Positions 1 through 14,056 of a stretch of 64,000 nt of DNA are shown piece after piece (positions within the stretch are counted from its first letter, which is position 1; each line of letters starts with the position of its first letter). The notes below the pieces were generated by a model, which saw only the letters and a program-made list of their open reading frames with translations, was not told where the DNA came from and made no database searches. The DNA is taken from NCBI GenBank assembly GCA_904063045.1, contig CAJFCJ010000044.1, positions 130,813 through 194,812 on the forward strand, given 5' to 3'. Source of the DNA: Dimorphilus gyrociliatus (taxonomy: Eukaryota > Animalia > Annelida). The position numbers and the translations under genes are program-made.

Positions 1-177
1 ATAATTATATCCAATTATTTATAATCTTACCATTAATTTATAAATACTAAAATTCCTATTGGTTATCACGTGACTACAGCGTAGTCAAGGTTACGCATAT
101 TTATATATATATCTTCTTTGGAATCTTTCAATTGATGATTTCTATTCATTGAGTTAAAATTTTGAAGAATTTGAATT

Positions 178-1455
178 ATGGCAGATTCTTTTTTGAATAT
201 TTCAACAATTCTAGTTCTAATACTTTTCAGTCACTTTCAATATGATGGTAAGTTTTTGTGTTTAGGCCTAATTGTGAATTATTATCTTCTTCCTTTCCAG
301 AAGCGGTAAAAATTTCGCAAACGGTTTGCGAAAATCATTCATTAAATGTTATTTGTCCCGTTAATCGGGTAATTTCTATAAATAGCATTATTTATGGTAG
401 GGAAAAGGGAGATTTTAAGACGTGCTATAGGCGTTTTTTGAGTAAAAGTCCATTTAGAGAAAGAATATTTGCTAATGTTTGTAAAGCAAAAAATGGAGAT
501 GAAATAGTTAGTAAGCACTGCAATGGGAAAAGATTGTGTTCAGTTAGAGCTCAGAATAAAATTTTTGGAGATCCATGCTTTGGAATTCATAAATATTTAA
601 CAGTAAAGTATGAATGTATTAAAGGTAAATAAAGGAATTTTTTCCAACTAAAAACTCAATAATAATTTTTTAATTCATATTTTAGACACAAATAGAAAAG
701 TTGCATGTGAACATAAAACATTAAATTTAGTATGTCCATATGGAAATGTTATTAAAATAAAATCGGCACTGTATGGAAGACAGAAGAAGGAATTTACAAT
801 TTGTAAATTCAAGAATTCTTTGAAAGTAGAAAAGAGAATTTATGAAAATAGTTGCAATTCTTCAAAATCCTATTTAAAAGTATCTCAATTGTGTAATAAT
901 AGACAAAGATGCAGTGTAAAGGCAAAAAATTCTGTATTTGGAGATCCTTGTGTTGGAATTTTTAAATATTTAGAAGTTAAATATATTTGTGAAATTCCAT
1001 CACCAAAAACAACAACAACAACTATTAGACCAACTTCTACACTACAAAGCTATGTTCATTGTAAGTTTCTTTCACTATTTTTCTTCTTTCAAAATTCAAC
1101 TAATCTTCAACATTTATCTCTTCCTTTTTAAGATAAAATTCCAATAACAGTTTGTAGAAATTTTTTCATCTATTTAACCTGTCCACTGGGATCTAAAATT
1201 ATTATTAATCATGTTTTCTATGGAAGTGGAGACAATGGCAAGAGAAATTGCTCTGAGAAATTTTTGAGAGAGTTTTATTCAAAAGAGAATAATCATCTAT
1301 GCGAATCATTAGATTCAACAAAAATGATAGCTCAAAGGTGTAATAATAGACATGAATGCAAATTAGTAGCCAGTCATTATTCCACTCATTATAGCTGTTG
1401 TAATAATTTCAATTATTTTACAATCATTTATTCTTGTTTCAAGGTGAAAGAATAA
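178..1455 (+). CDS. Secreted triple SUEL (rhamnose/galactose-binding) lectin, 4 exons (178-247, 301-624, 686-1060, 1133-1455)
   Basis: Signal peptide MADSFLNISTILVLILFSHF. GT-AG introns keep frame. Domains 1 and 2 have C-E, YGR and FGDPCxGxxKYL motifs; a Thr-rich linker (PKTTTTTIRPTST) precedes a divergent third domain. Confidence 0.9.
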
Positions 1456-1739
1456 AAACAGAAAGTAGGTCATTAAAAAATTTTCAGAATAAAATATAAT
1501 TATTTGCAACAAAAAAAAAGATATTTTTCTTAATTAATTAATCAACTAGACAAATTTATTATCAGGTTAAATCTAGGCCTAACCAACTAATATGGAAATT
1601 TGTTTGTATAGTCTTACAAATATAATTGGGTACACTATTAGAATTTATTAATTATATTATATAATAAGCTTTTATTGTCAGTGTTTTTTGTTCTAATTTC
1701 TCAAAATATTAGAAAATATTGAAGGATTTTTCTATAGAT

Positions 1740-4700
1740 TTTTATCTTTTACCAATACATCTCTTATCCAGTGATGATATGTTGAAACCTTTTAGCACAA
1801 GAAACATTCAAATATCATAGATAAATATAAAAATACAACTAACCCTAGCAGAGTATGTCAATTTTTTTTTACAAAGAGAATCTCCTCCATTAACAATACC
1901 AACAATTGTCCAGTAATCATCAATATAACAGAATAAAGGACCTCCAGAATCTCCCTGGTAATGGTGTTAAAAGAATTTCACATAAAAAATCTTTTTTGAA
2001 TGATAAATAATATTAATAAAAAAAATGTTTACATGGCAAGAATTTCCTGGATAATTCACACTTTCTGCACAAATATTTTGTGGATAGCTTACAGATTTGA
2101 CAACAATAGGATATTTTTTATTGCAGGACTGTTCAGTCATCAATCTTTGTTCAACTCTCCATAGATAATTTGTTTCATCTAAAATTTCAGATATTTATCA
2201 ATTTTTTTCTAATTAAATTTCAATTTCAATTTTACTTGGTAAAAAAAAGGAAACTTTTTCAGACCAAAACCGGAAGTTTGACAAGGTATATTGAGATATT
2301 CCACATTATCGCTCTCAGGTAAACAAATTGGAAAAATCCTTTCAGAAAATTTTACATATGATGACAATCTAAAGATTGCAATGTCGTGTTGACGTCCATC
2401 ATATTTAGGATTAATGTAAAATTTGTTAATCTTTATTTTATCTGCAATCTGTCTTTTATCACCTGTTCCAAACACTGCATAAAACTCTGTAGACCTATAT
2501 TTATTGGATTATAATGATTATTCAAAAAACAAAATTAGAGTTCTAATGGATAGAAGATAAAATGTCCTTCACATCTTAGCCTTGAAACAGTGAACTTGAT
2601 ACATATGGGACATTTTATCAAATTTTTTATATTTACAATTATATCTACCCTTGAAGACAATGAGCAGCTGTAAGAGCATACTTTTCACTGATTAATACTG
2701 CACCACAAATATATGTTAGATTTCTTAAAATAATTCCCTAAAATTAATCATTTGAGTATTGTTAAATAAAGCATTGATTCTCTCATTTACCTGCCATGGA
2801 ATTTCTTCAATATTTACCCTTTTTCCACCAACAATATATTTTGAAACTGATGATATTCTACCACATGACACATTCAACAATTGTCTATTTGAATCTATTG
2901 GTTTTTTAAATATAATATTCATATAGTATGAAATTCTTTTTACTTACTTGAATGGCAGTATTTTACATTCAATCTTTTAATTATGACACTTTTATTACTA
3001 AGAATTGTTGAATTTGCAATTATGATAATATGTTCAATTATTGAAATTTTCCAACTAAGTAAATTTATTCTTTTTTATTAGTAAAATGTATATAAAACCT
3101 GATTCAAATTCTCTTCTAAATGATATAAATAATAGTTTGAATTTATAGTTTTAAGTTCTCTGAAAAGAAATAAAATAGAACATTCATATTATTTTTTCGC
3201 AAAGGAAACAAATATTTCAACTTCTTTAGTGTTTTATTCCCAGAAATCACTTTTAAATTTACTAATATTTCATTTTTTGATGTCATTCCTAAACTTTTTA
3301 TCCATAAGTATAAGCATATTTCTTTATTTTCCAATTGAATATTTTCATTCTGAGATATTAATTGAGAAATTTGATTCTTTTCAGAATTTTTACCAGTTAT
3401 TATGAAATGATTGCTAATTTTTTGTTTTTTTTTCATTTCATTCACATTTTCATTTAACCATTGAAAGTTTTGATTATAAGGATTTTCAACTTTATATCCA
3501 CTGAGATCTTTAATAGAATTACAACCTTTAAAGAAAATTAACTTTTACTTGTAAATTACATTTTCAGATTGACAAGGAGAAGATTTAAATACTTTTCTTT
3601 TCCTTCTTGTTTTTCTGTATGCCGTGTAAGCATTGCTCCTTAGCTAAGAATTCCATTTCATTTAAGGCAATGTACTCGGATTGTAGTAGTCCTCTAGTAA
3701 TTTTGATAATGATCTATTTGAAATAATAGATCATAAATAAAACCATTTTTCTGAAGTGATATTTAAACAAATAAAAATAGAAATTTGACTTTGAAATTTT
3801 CATTTGGTAAATCTAAGATAAATGCCTTATGCCATTGATTTGACAATACATCATTATCAATGATATGAGAAGATTCTACCTTTCTATTTTCCAATAAAAT
3901 GAATAGCTAAAAGATATAGAATAATCTTATTGAACAAAAAAGAGAAAAGAGTAGTAAAATTAAAAAATTATTACAAACCATTATACTAAATTGATTTCTT
4001 GTTGTAGAGTATAGAAAGGAAATACAACTGTTGGACACTTTAAAATAGGGACTTTCAAATATAATAAAGGTATTAACGGATGGATAAAGTAAATGATTGG
4101 ATATAAGAAGAAAATTTCCACCTGAAGAAAAATAAAATTTGGTGTGATTGTAAAAAATTGCATTTAGAATAGTAAATTCTTCTTAAATAGAAAAAAAGCC
4201 AACATCTTTCATCATACAATCCATTGTAATGAGAAACTACAGTGATGACTCAATTGTTTAAATTGACAAAAATCATAATTAAAGGAACAAATTATCATTT
4301 CTAAATGGATGAAAAAATTTATGTTTTTTTTTAATTTGATAAAGAGAAAAGGAATACTTTTAAACTTGGCTTTTTCTCTTTCCAATTTGAAATTATCAAA
4401 TGTAAATTGCAATTTTTGTGATTCAAGAGATCTTATTTCAAATTTTACCTTTTATCATCAATACAAAAGTATCAATTATTGAAGTATTTAGATTTTCTAT
4501 ATATTTTTACTTACATTTTCAACATTTTCATAAATAAAAATCAAATTTTTTTTGGAGAAATGATGATATATATATCTATTTTTTGAAATTTTAAAAAGTA
4601 TGAAAAACTTTTCACACATAAATATTGTATACCAAACCTATAATTTGAACTATTCATACATTTGAAATATAAATTAATTTTAGAATTTGAAAAAAATCCA

Positions 4701-4900
4701 TCAATATCAAAAGAAAGATATTTTTCGTCATAAGATCTAAATTCTGGTAAATATAATTCTGCTTTACCAAAGTTGAATTTTGAATTTTGAGTAAAATATA
4801 ATTTCTTGTTCTTGCCTTTTAAAATCATAAATGTTGATTTATTGTTGTTGTTTAATGCAACAAAAGATAATATTACAACCAAGAGTATAACTTTTCCATT
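1740..4900 (-). CDS. Multi-exon S1 serine protease with long N-terminal region (MAM-like segments); 5' end possibly frameshifted
   Basis: IVGG at 2835-2824, CGAVLISEKYALTAAHC (His), HDIAIFRL (Asp), spliced SCH|GDSGGP (Ser). Upstream QLISQ...ICLYLWIK is MAM-like. A hydrophobic leader near 4890 lacks an in-frame ATG unless one A is added. The N-terminal assignment is weaker than the protease domain. Confidence 0.75.
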
Positions 4901-4924
4901 GAAATTCTAAATTACTATTTACTA

Positions 4925-6840
4925 TGTAAATAAACTCTTGTTATTGTTGTCAACATGTTTGGTTATGTAACATCTTATATTTTGCTTATAAAAGGGGTTG
5001 TTTCTGATAGTTCGGTCCCATCTACCCTAGAGGCAACATCTACTCTAATGCTTCTATCATATAGTATGTATCATTTATATAATATCTATTAACTATAGTT
5101 CTTTATTATATCACACACATAGAGTACAATGATGAGATGAAGGCCAAATGGCGAACATGTGGCACTGCAGCACAGGCCTGCTTCAGTAGCATCTGGTATT
5201 GCCTAAGATGTAACAAATTTGACATGCATCTTTTCTATGTTCTTTGTTCCTTTATTAAATGCATAGTGGCTCCATCTAATATCGACAAACAATCTATTTC
5301 CTACGAAATAGAGTTCTTTCTAAAGTTCTAGAATATTATTCTATGAAATAAAAGCCTTTATAAAGTTGTACCATTATAATTGCCACAAAATAGAAGTTAT
5401 TCTTAAGTTCATTTATATCTAAAGTCTAAATATCGATATGTCATTATGTCTAAGTGTACAGAAGCCATGGTTTGTACTTGCAGCTTGTGTAACACTTTAA
5501 CAAAATTTAAACCTATGCTAATGTTAAAGTTTAGTGAAATTGTTTTTGCTTTGTACTCTCTTTTCATATAATTATAATCTGTTTTTAAGACTCTCAAACA
5601 TGTACAGATACAATTTCTTGTTTAATCAATAGAGCCAAAAGAAATCTGTGACCATAATTTATGTATAAACTCTATTAAATATTAAAAAGTTAGATTTTAG
5701 AATAAAATATTTTAACCAATATTCAATCAATCATATAGTTACCAACTTTCTTCTTTCTTTCTCAATTCATTTGAATTGAACCTAAACCTAATCCTTTCTC
5801 AATTTCTGTTCTAGAATCTTATCAGCAAACTAAATACTTAATTTACAGTGTCCAAGAGTGTTTAGTTTTATACCATCAGCTATGGTGAAACATGATGACC
5901 CAGGAGGTAATTTCACCTGTACTTTTTCACCCAACAACTGCATTTTCTTTTCTGTAATGAAGGACATGACTTGAGAAGTACATCAAAAATGGTACTTTGG
6001 CTCTTGTTCAACATGAGATATTGCAACTGTTCCAGCTGTGTTTTCCCTATCTGATGGCCTGTCATGTTTTTCACAACTAATTCTCAGGAGAGTTACCATT
6101 AATTCATACTCCTGTTTCCATGTTGGTTTCTACCATATCTTGGATTGTAACCTCTGTTCTCTTGACTACTGCATTGTTCAGTAGTCTTCTGTCCCCTATT
6201 TATTTCTTGAGATATTGGCTGACTTGAACTATTAGATGGTGGATTTCAAATGCTTCAACTTCCATATATAGAGGAGTTCTTAGGAAGACTTAATGAAGCA
6301 GACTGCACATGTTTTGCAATGAAAGCTTCACAATCAACAGCTCCACCCAAAGTCTCTATTCTTTCCAAATATTCTTCCACTTTCAGCAAATACTCACTAA
6401 TTTTCTCATCATCTTTACTTGATCTGCTAGTAGACGGTTAACTTCCAGCACTAGCCGTTTTAGAAAGATGGGAATCCTGTTGATTACCTGCTAATTAAGA
6501 GGATTCATTCGGGACTGAATGCCTGTTACCACCCGTGGCTTATATACAATTCCTTATCATGATTGTTCACAACAAACACGGTCAAGGATTATCTAATTAT
6601 GCAATAGTGGTGTAAACAATAACAGATTTCTGCAGGTAAAATCTTAACGGTCAATTGTTATAGGATATTTGTGTAAATAAACATTTACTGTTGTTGTCAA
6701 CATGCCTGGTTATGTAACATTTCATCTTTTGCCTATAAAAGGAGTTGATTTTGGTACTATCAATCCTAGAGGCAGCATCTACACTAATACTTCTATAATT
6801 TATATCATATCTATTAACTATAACTCATAAGTGTACAGTT
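4925..6840 (-). mobile_element. Heavily deleted LTR-retrotransposon remnant (gag- and protease-like traces between two direct repeats)
   Basis: Direct repeats of about 170-200 bp at 4925-5128 and 6670-6838 with TG...CA-like ends. Minus-strand DEKISEYLLKVEEYLERIE (gag-like) and ADGIKLNTLGHCKLSI (retroviral protease C-terminal-like), both interrupted by stops. Confidence 0.5.
6515..6547 (-). promoter_or_regulatory. TATA box plus Inr-like element in the putative 5' LTR
   Basis: Minus strand GTATATAAGCC with TTCAGT about 30 nt downstream, pointing into the gag-like remnant. Confidence 0.4.
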
Positions 6841-6849
6841 GGGATTAAA

Positions 6850-6965
6850 TTTTGGCTTTACCTAACCCTAACGCAGCCCTTGACCCACTTCTAAGAGTTT
6901 CATTCTTCCTAGCCCTAAGTCTGAACCCACCTAGTTACAAATCAATTACATTCATAATTTCCCCA
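6850..6965. repeat. Dispersed repeat carrying degenerate (TTAGGG)n motifs
   Basis: Aligns by eye with the reverse complement of 50635-50750 (CCTAACCCTAAC..GCCCT.GACCCACTTCTAAG.GTTTCATT). Confidence 0.7.
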
Positions 6966-7487
6966 AGCAAAAGTCTCACTTCAAAAATACATCAAAATGG
7001 GCATTTTCAACAGCCCCCAGTGTTAATTATTGTTAACAAATCTATTTCCAATGTTGAAGGCAAAAGTATCTATTTAATATTGCAAATCATTCTTCTTAGT
7101 GCAAAAATTCAGACTAAACTATCACATTGGGCTTTCACATTCAAGCTTTAGAGTTAATTATGATGAAATTGTTCCAGATTGTAATAATAGTTCATCATTA
7201 AGAAGTAGCTATTTCCGGTTTATTTGCTCTATATTTCATCCATATGGTATTAATTATAAAACAATTAATTACAGTAAGAAAATCTTAAAAGAAATATATA
7301 AATAAAAGGTCACGTGATGTAAATTATGTTTTATTTCTTTTCTTTCTTATATTAATATGTAAAAATTGGAAAATGTGTTTACCTTTGCTAAAAGCTTTTT
7401 GTTTTTATAAATAATAAATGACATTTCTAAGCATATCATCAATGGTAGTTTTAATCTTCCATCTCTCTCTCTCAGGAAATACAAAAT

Positions 7488-8100
7488 TTGAATTTGAAAA
7501 TGAATAAAACAACAAATATAACTGGCACAACTATTTTTAGTGAATTGGAAAATAAATTACTAGTTACATTGTATTTTAGTCTGTTCACCTTGGGAATGGT
7601 ACTCAGGACGCTTCTACTTTTTATTATTTTAAAAAAAAGGCATATCAATCAATCAATTGTAATATTTATTCCAACAATGACTATTGCAGATATTTGTATA
7701 TTAATCTGGAATGTTGCTGAATCAAATTTATTGTTAACATTTAATCTGGAAAGTATACACACACCAAACCACCAGTATTTCTTCTGAAGAATATGGATTG
7801 AGTAGAATGAGGATCTAGTTCTAGACAAACAAGTTGAAACAATGGTATTATTAAATGATTGATACAAACAATTTCTGTTAAGCTGAGAAGAGAATTTCAA
7901 TGATTATAATAAAAAAGAGTACATTGAACATTTTTGTCAAAAAGATTTTTATTCCAATATTTAGAAAGTAATGTATTAATGCAATAAATAGAACCATTAA
8001 TGGCAATTACTTCCCACACCCTCCCCACTATCCTTGTTCAGTGGATATAGATCTTTCTGTGAAAGGAAGTATTTCAATGATAATTGCTTATCAAAAGGTA
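7488..8100 (+). pseudogene. Rhodopsin-class GPCR fragment (N-terminus, TM1-TM2)
   Basis: N-glycosylation-rich N-terminus (NKT, NIT), TM1 LYFSLFTLGMVLRTLLLFIIL, TM2 IFIPTMTIADICILI; frame breaks downstream. Confidence 0.45.
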
Positions 8101-8266
8101 ATATTGATGTGAAAGTATGTAAAAGAAAAAAAAGGGTTTGTTAAAAATTTTTTAAAATGAAAGATGATTGAACTTTTTAAATGAAAAGTTAAAATAAATT
8201 TAAAAAGTATAAAATAAAAATTTTATAAAAAACTCATTACTTTTTCTATAGAAGACTGTCCCATTT

Positions 8267-9105
8267 TCAGGAGTATATGTTAAAACACTGTTGTTGGCAT
8301 TGGATAAAATTAAATCCTCTGTAAATGATTGAAAATGTAAACAGAAAATATGATAAAAACTTTCCAATTGTAAAAACTAACAAACAGTTTGATAGAATAT
8401 TACAAACTATCCTACATGTCTCCATTTGTACTGGTGTTCCAAACTTAGATTGAAAGTATACGAGATTGTCAATCAAATTTGATTGAAGAGTGTCATACTC
8501 AGAATACAAATGCTCTGTTAAAAAACTTGGTTTAGTATCCAACTATTTTAAAATAGTTTTTAGTTACCTTCAACTGTTTCATTGGCTGAAATTTAAATAA
8601 TTAATTCATAGTTAGATGGTTTCAAAAGAATTTGATAAATAATAAAAAAAACTAACTACATAGTGTATTTTTTTTATAATAAACAGCATTTACACCATTG
8701 GCAAGATTTGATATGTTACTTATTTGCTCATTTTTATGCTGCATTTATCTAATGCCTTAAAATCATTGAATGATCTAAAAAAACAAAACAAAATATCAGA
8801 AAATATAATGATTTAATAAAATTTGTTAAAGTCTACTTACTTGCAAGTATGTAAATTACTACATAAAATTTTACAACCATTTACACCACTGTCATAATAG
8901 TGAACTGTCATCATTGGAATATATACCATCTTTTTTTCCTCATAGCTTGAATAAGAGCAATCTTTAAAAAAAAACACTTTTCACTTGAGCACAATAATTG
9001 TAGAAATTTTACAAAACGTTAAAATTTAAATACTTTTTCCTTCAATTAGATTTGTAGAAGATATAGTAAGCATATAGAATAGTATCCCTTCAGGTAACAT
9101 TCTTA
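8267..9105 (-). pseudogene. Small secreted PAN/apple-like protein with a frameshift in an A-run
   Basis: Leader MLPEGILFYMLTISSTNLIE, spliced exon DCSYSSYEEKK...GCKILCSNLHTCK, second CxxxC motif (TCRIVCNILSNC); one base is missing near 8730. Confidence 0.3.
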
Positions 9106-9439
9106 TAGATTTATGAGTTGCATTGGTGCTAATGAAAATATTCAATCATTTTAATTTTTTTCTTTATCCCATTGATTTTTTACAACCTATCTATTGAGAA
9201 AAAAAGTACAATGGATAATTAATTACTGTCATGATAGACTATACAACAGGGTTGAAAGAGATAGAAAGAGTGTGTGTATGTGTGTGTTTACACTAAAAAT
9301 AAAAAGACATATAAAATACCAATAAAGAAACTAAGAATTGGTGTTAGAACACTAAATAGGACAAATGACTTTATCCACTCTCTACCCTTTTCATTTCTCA
9401 CATGAATGTAGAAGCATATTGGAGTGGAACTCTCTTTAT

Positions 9440-12400
9440 TCTAGAATTTATAATAATAGAAATTCTGCTTAAGTTGTAATTTGACCTAGTCTGTCATAAA
9501 TTGATGGAAGAACTGACAGGAATATGGAAATTAGTATTGAAAGGCCTATAAACTTTTTAGAATGAATGGTATATATTGATTTTTTCCTGGGGTTAACAAC
9601 TGCCTGACACCTTTCCAAAGCAATTAATAGTGTACTCGATATGGACAATGTCAATGAAATAGTCATCAATATTCCTAAACTCTGGCAAAGACTATTATTC
9701 CTCCGTAATTCATCATTTTCCAACTACAACAATCCAAAGTATGAATCCACTGCTGCTATCATTGAAATATAGCAAGATGTTAAAAAATCACTAAATGTTA
9801 ATTGTAAATGATAAGATTTTATATTCTTATATAGATATTGGTACATAATGATAGGACATTTCCAACTAGGCCTGCAAGACCAAATAGCCAAAATACAGAT
9901 CTTATTAGATGTGAGCTAAGCATTCGTTCACAATCAAAAAATAAAAGAGAGTCCAGTAAGCAATAGATATTTTTGCCAAAGTTTTTCCAAACCAGACAAC
10001 AAAATTGTTTATACCACCGTGGCAACATCTGTTTTGTTCAGAGAATTATACTTTGCGCGAACTAAAGCCTGTCTAGAATTCAAAGCATCTAATTCTACTA
10101 AATAAGGTCTTTTTTAGGTTTGGGTTATTAATTCCATCAAAAAGTGGTTTTTTCTAATATTTCACTATTCTAATTCCTTTAAAATAAGATCTATCTAAAG
10201 TCTTTATATTATAATTCTTTATATTATAATTCCAAAGTGCACAACCACAATCACCTTTATCAGCGCCATAATAGCAGTCACATGATCCATAACAAATTTG
10301 TTGAATTGAAATACAATAATTATAGGTGTGGCATAGGTATTGTCCATAAGGGCAAGAGGATCTGATACAAGTTGCATTGATTAAATATAAATTAGTTATT
10401 GGTAATCCTAAGGAGTTTTTAATAAAATAGCTTGAATCTTCACCTGGTTGAAATAAATCTCAAACATCTTTTTCATCAGAGTTACAATCTCTTTTGCCAT
10501 CATTTACTCAAGACAATGGTATGCAATGTTCTCCATAATTCATTTGAAAATTTTTATTACAACCTGAGTAAAAGTAGAGTTAATACTTCATTATAATTCA
10601 TCAATAATAATTGTATTTCATACCTGTTTTATATTGTTTCAAAAGAGAATTGTTTTTAAAGCAAATCTCATCAGATCCATCAAAAACAATTCTTTTCATT
10701 ATTGCATATTTGACTTTTTGGGATACACTGATCATTTAGGCATTTTCTGTTTATTTTTTAAATTGAATCTATTTATAACAGGGAAATGGGAAACTGACTG
10801 GAATTCTCCAAAACATTTTCCATAACCTATGTTGTTTGCAATATTTAAAATGAAATCTATGTCTTTAAATAGACTGTGGATTGGAAGAAATAGGTCGAAT
10901 TGTTTTTCTCCCCAATCTTTGTAATTTAAAAACAAACCACAAAGACTTTCATCAGATCCATCAGAGCAATCTTTCTCATAATTGCAAACTCTTAAATAAT
11001 CTACCTTTTCATCAACTGTTAAACAATGAAAATATAACTTCTGAAATGATTGACAATATTTTTCATCTTCATTTGTAAAACAGTCATTATGTCTATCACA
11101 GGCATATAGTAAATTTATATATATATATTGCTATTATAACAATAAAATATACTGAATGGTTTGTCACTTTCCTCCTTGTTAATCAGTTCAAAATCTTTTT
11201 GCCTCTTAAAAGCTGTAATAGAACAATTCATAATTATATTATTGAATTATCCTGAAAGTTTAAATTTTACTGAGAAATTGTTGGCAGAAAATTGGTGCTT
11301 TAGACGTTACATAACAACTCAACTGCTTTTGTATAATGTTGTTTATGTATTCATCTCTACACATTTAATGGAATATATAAAATGTTACTACCATCTAATT
11401 TTAATAATAGTTAGGGCAATGTGTCTTTGAGAAACTTGAAATTCATGACTCCATTTTGCCCTAATTGCTGTTGGATCAATACAAAAACTATTAAGATTAC
11501 AAAGATCTGAATACTTACATCAAGGCATTATCAAAATCAGGAGTGTTAAAGGCAGAGCGCTGGAAATCTGTCATCTCTATTGGACTCTAGAAATTAATGA
11601 ACAGTTTATGAATTAAAAGATAATATAGAAAGAAAGAAGAGACATTACAGGATAATTCATTGAAAAGCAATGTGGCTCTAAGGTACCAACAGAAGATTTA
11701 TGAGTAATGTCAATTGGATTTATCATATTTGGAAAAATATGACGGGGCTGCAAAGTAAAATAGATTTTAATATTGACTTTATTCGGCCTATTTTCCTCGC
11801 AGATGTATTTAATTAAAATGGTAAATCTATAGTTGTTCCACTAGGTGCTTCATGTTATTCCTCTTTTGAAGTAATTAGGTTCTAGATACACTGATTAAAA
11901 AGATAACAATCTGAAAGATCATCCCCTTCCTATTATTCTAAAAAATAGTGCTTACTATATCCAATAGATGTGATATCTTCAACTACAGAGATGGGATTAA
12001 GCTCACCAAGCCAGTTATTTTTCTCAATTGGTGGTCTTTCTACTAAGGAAGCGATTAATATAGTTAGAATGAAATTTTTATTCAATATTGATTGAGTTTC
12101 AGAATAAAAGAAATATTGAAAGCTTGTCTAACTGTAATATTTAATTTGAAATCTTCCCTCAAAATTGGTATATGTATGTTTATTGCCAAAATATAATATT
12201 CTATTTAGACTATTAAAAAATCTGAATGCTTTAATATTTTTGTTATTTTGCACAATTTATATCCATTTTTAACAATATGTTTATTTACAAGCCACTTTTT
12301 TAGTTTCCTGACAAACTGGTTTCAAAATGGTAATATAGTTCAAACCACTTGAAAATTGTATTTTACATGCAATAAGTCTATGTCTGCTATCCAATTCACA

Positions 12401-13490
12401 ATCATGTAACACCGGAATCCCTTCCTATTTCAATTATACATATTTTGTTATTATCTTTGGGTGTTTGTTTGATTTCTTTTGCACTAACCTTTGCTTTTAA
12501 ATTGTCTGTATTACAGTTTGTAGCTCTTAGAAACATGGCCATAGAAGAACAAATTGCTTTGCAGTATAGAAGAGGCGAAATGCTTTGGAGAAAGAGAATA
12601 TTGGTGGTATTGGTCCAAAAGTTCTGGATCTTATATAATAGGGAATGTGTACTTGTATAAATGACAATTTATATTTTCTATCTCTCTTCCTTTGTTGTAT
12701 TCCACAATCTTAAAATCTGTAAATTTTAAACAAAGAATATTAACAATAAAGCTATTTTATTGAAAATGAACATAAAGCCATCAAGTTCATTTAATGAGTA
12801 GTAAACTCTTTTGAAATCTTTTGAAATTTTATCAATAAATATTGAATAATTAATATTTTTATTTAAATTTAAATATATTTTTTGATCATTTGAAAGTAAA
12901 TTAGTGGAAGATATTGTTGTTTGAATAATAAATCTAGTTTTCCTACAAAATTCTCTTCTGCTGATCTGATGAGAGAATACTGTAGAGTATGTTGAATTTT
13001 GAAAAAAGATTCATTGATAACTTGATTCATTTATTTGGTGACTAAACAATTCTGGAATATTTATTTTTTTAATTATTTAGGTCAATCATTTAAAATAATA
13101 AAATGATAACAAACTATTCCTATGGCATTGTAAATGTATTGCAACTGCATTATGATTATTAGAAATTTGTCTTTTAAGGTAAAAACAATGATTTTTTTTT
13201 AATTTTAACAATAATAGCAACTATAAATATATTATTTAAATTTTACAAGCAACAAAATCTAGAATCCTTATATCTTAACTTAGCAACAGTAACCATTTTA
13301 TTAATAATTTTGAATGGATATGATTTTGAATGCAGTGATTTGTAACCAAGTAATTTACATATATAATTCAATTTGTCAATGTCAAAATTATTTTCATACT
13401 GAAAAAAGAAGTTTGTCCCATTTTCAGATTGTTTAAATTTTAGAATTCCTTCAACTAATAATTCAGTTTGGCTTAGATTTTCCAATTGAA
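9440..13490 (-). pseudogene. GRL101-like LDLa-LRR GPCR pseudogene, with an SRCR-like segment at the 5' end
   Basis: LDLa repeats (CDRHNDCFTNEDEKYC, CNYEKDCSDGSDESLC), hinge/TM1 CERMLSSHLIRSVFWLFGLAGLVGN, TM3 CQSLGILMT...ALERC; many stops and frameshifts, LRR largely deleted, nothing recognisable after TM4. Confidence 0.8.
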
Positions 13491-13499
13491 ATTCTATTC

Positions 13500-14045
13500 T
13501 TTTATAATGCTACTGACAGACAGTATGATACAAAGTGGAGAGAGGTTTTTATAGATAAGCTAGTTTTCGAATTATATTCATATTTCAATAATTTTTAAAC
13601 TCTGCCTACTCAATTTCAGGTATACATTAATCCAGCTTTAAGAATTGACGGGCAAATTGCACTTGGTAACCCTGACCACAAATTAAACAATGAAAAGAAC
13701 CAAATTGAATTTTCTAACTTTGAACTGCTTTGGAAAATTCCAAATTTCTTTTATTCCTTTACAAAAGAATTGGAAACATTTAAAATTTTATTTGTTGTCA
13801 TTGATACAGAATTGATTCTTGATAAATCAAATAAAGAGGAGCAGTTGAAATTTTTAAACACAACTCTATTCAATAGCAAAGCCCATTGGAAATTTGTAGC
13901 AACTCATAACTCAATTTTCTCAACATTCGTTCATGGTAATAATATTGAATTAATTAATGATATAAGACCAATACTGATTAATAACAATGCTGATTTCTAC
14001 ATTTTTGGCCATGATCACGTGTTACAGTATCTTAGTATTATTATC
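13500..14045 (+). pseudogene. Purple/tartrate-resistant acid phosphatase (ACP5-like metallophosphoesterase) fragment
   Basis: ALGNPDH (GNHD motif with H to P), VIDT, QLKFL, VATHNSIFS, HGNN, FGHDHVLQYL; the N-terminal GD and GDNFY motifs are absent or degenerate. Confidence 0.75.
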
Positions 14046-14056
14046 CTATTTTATAG

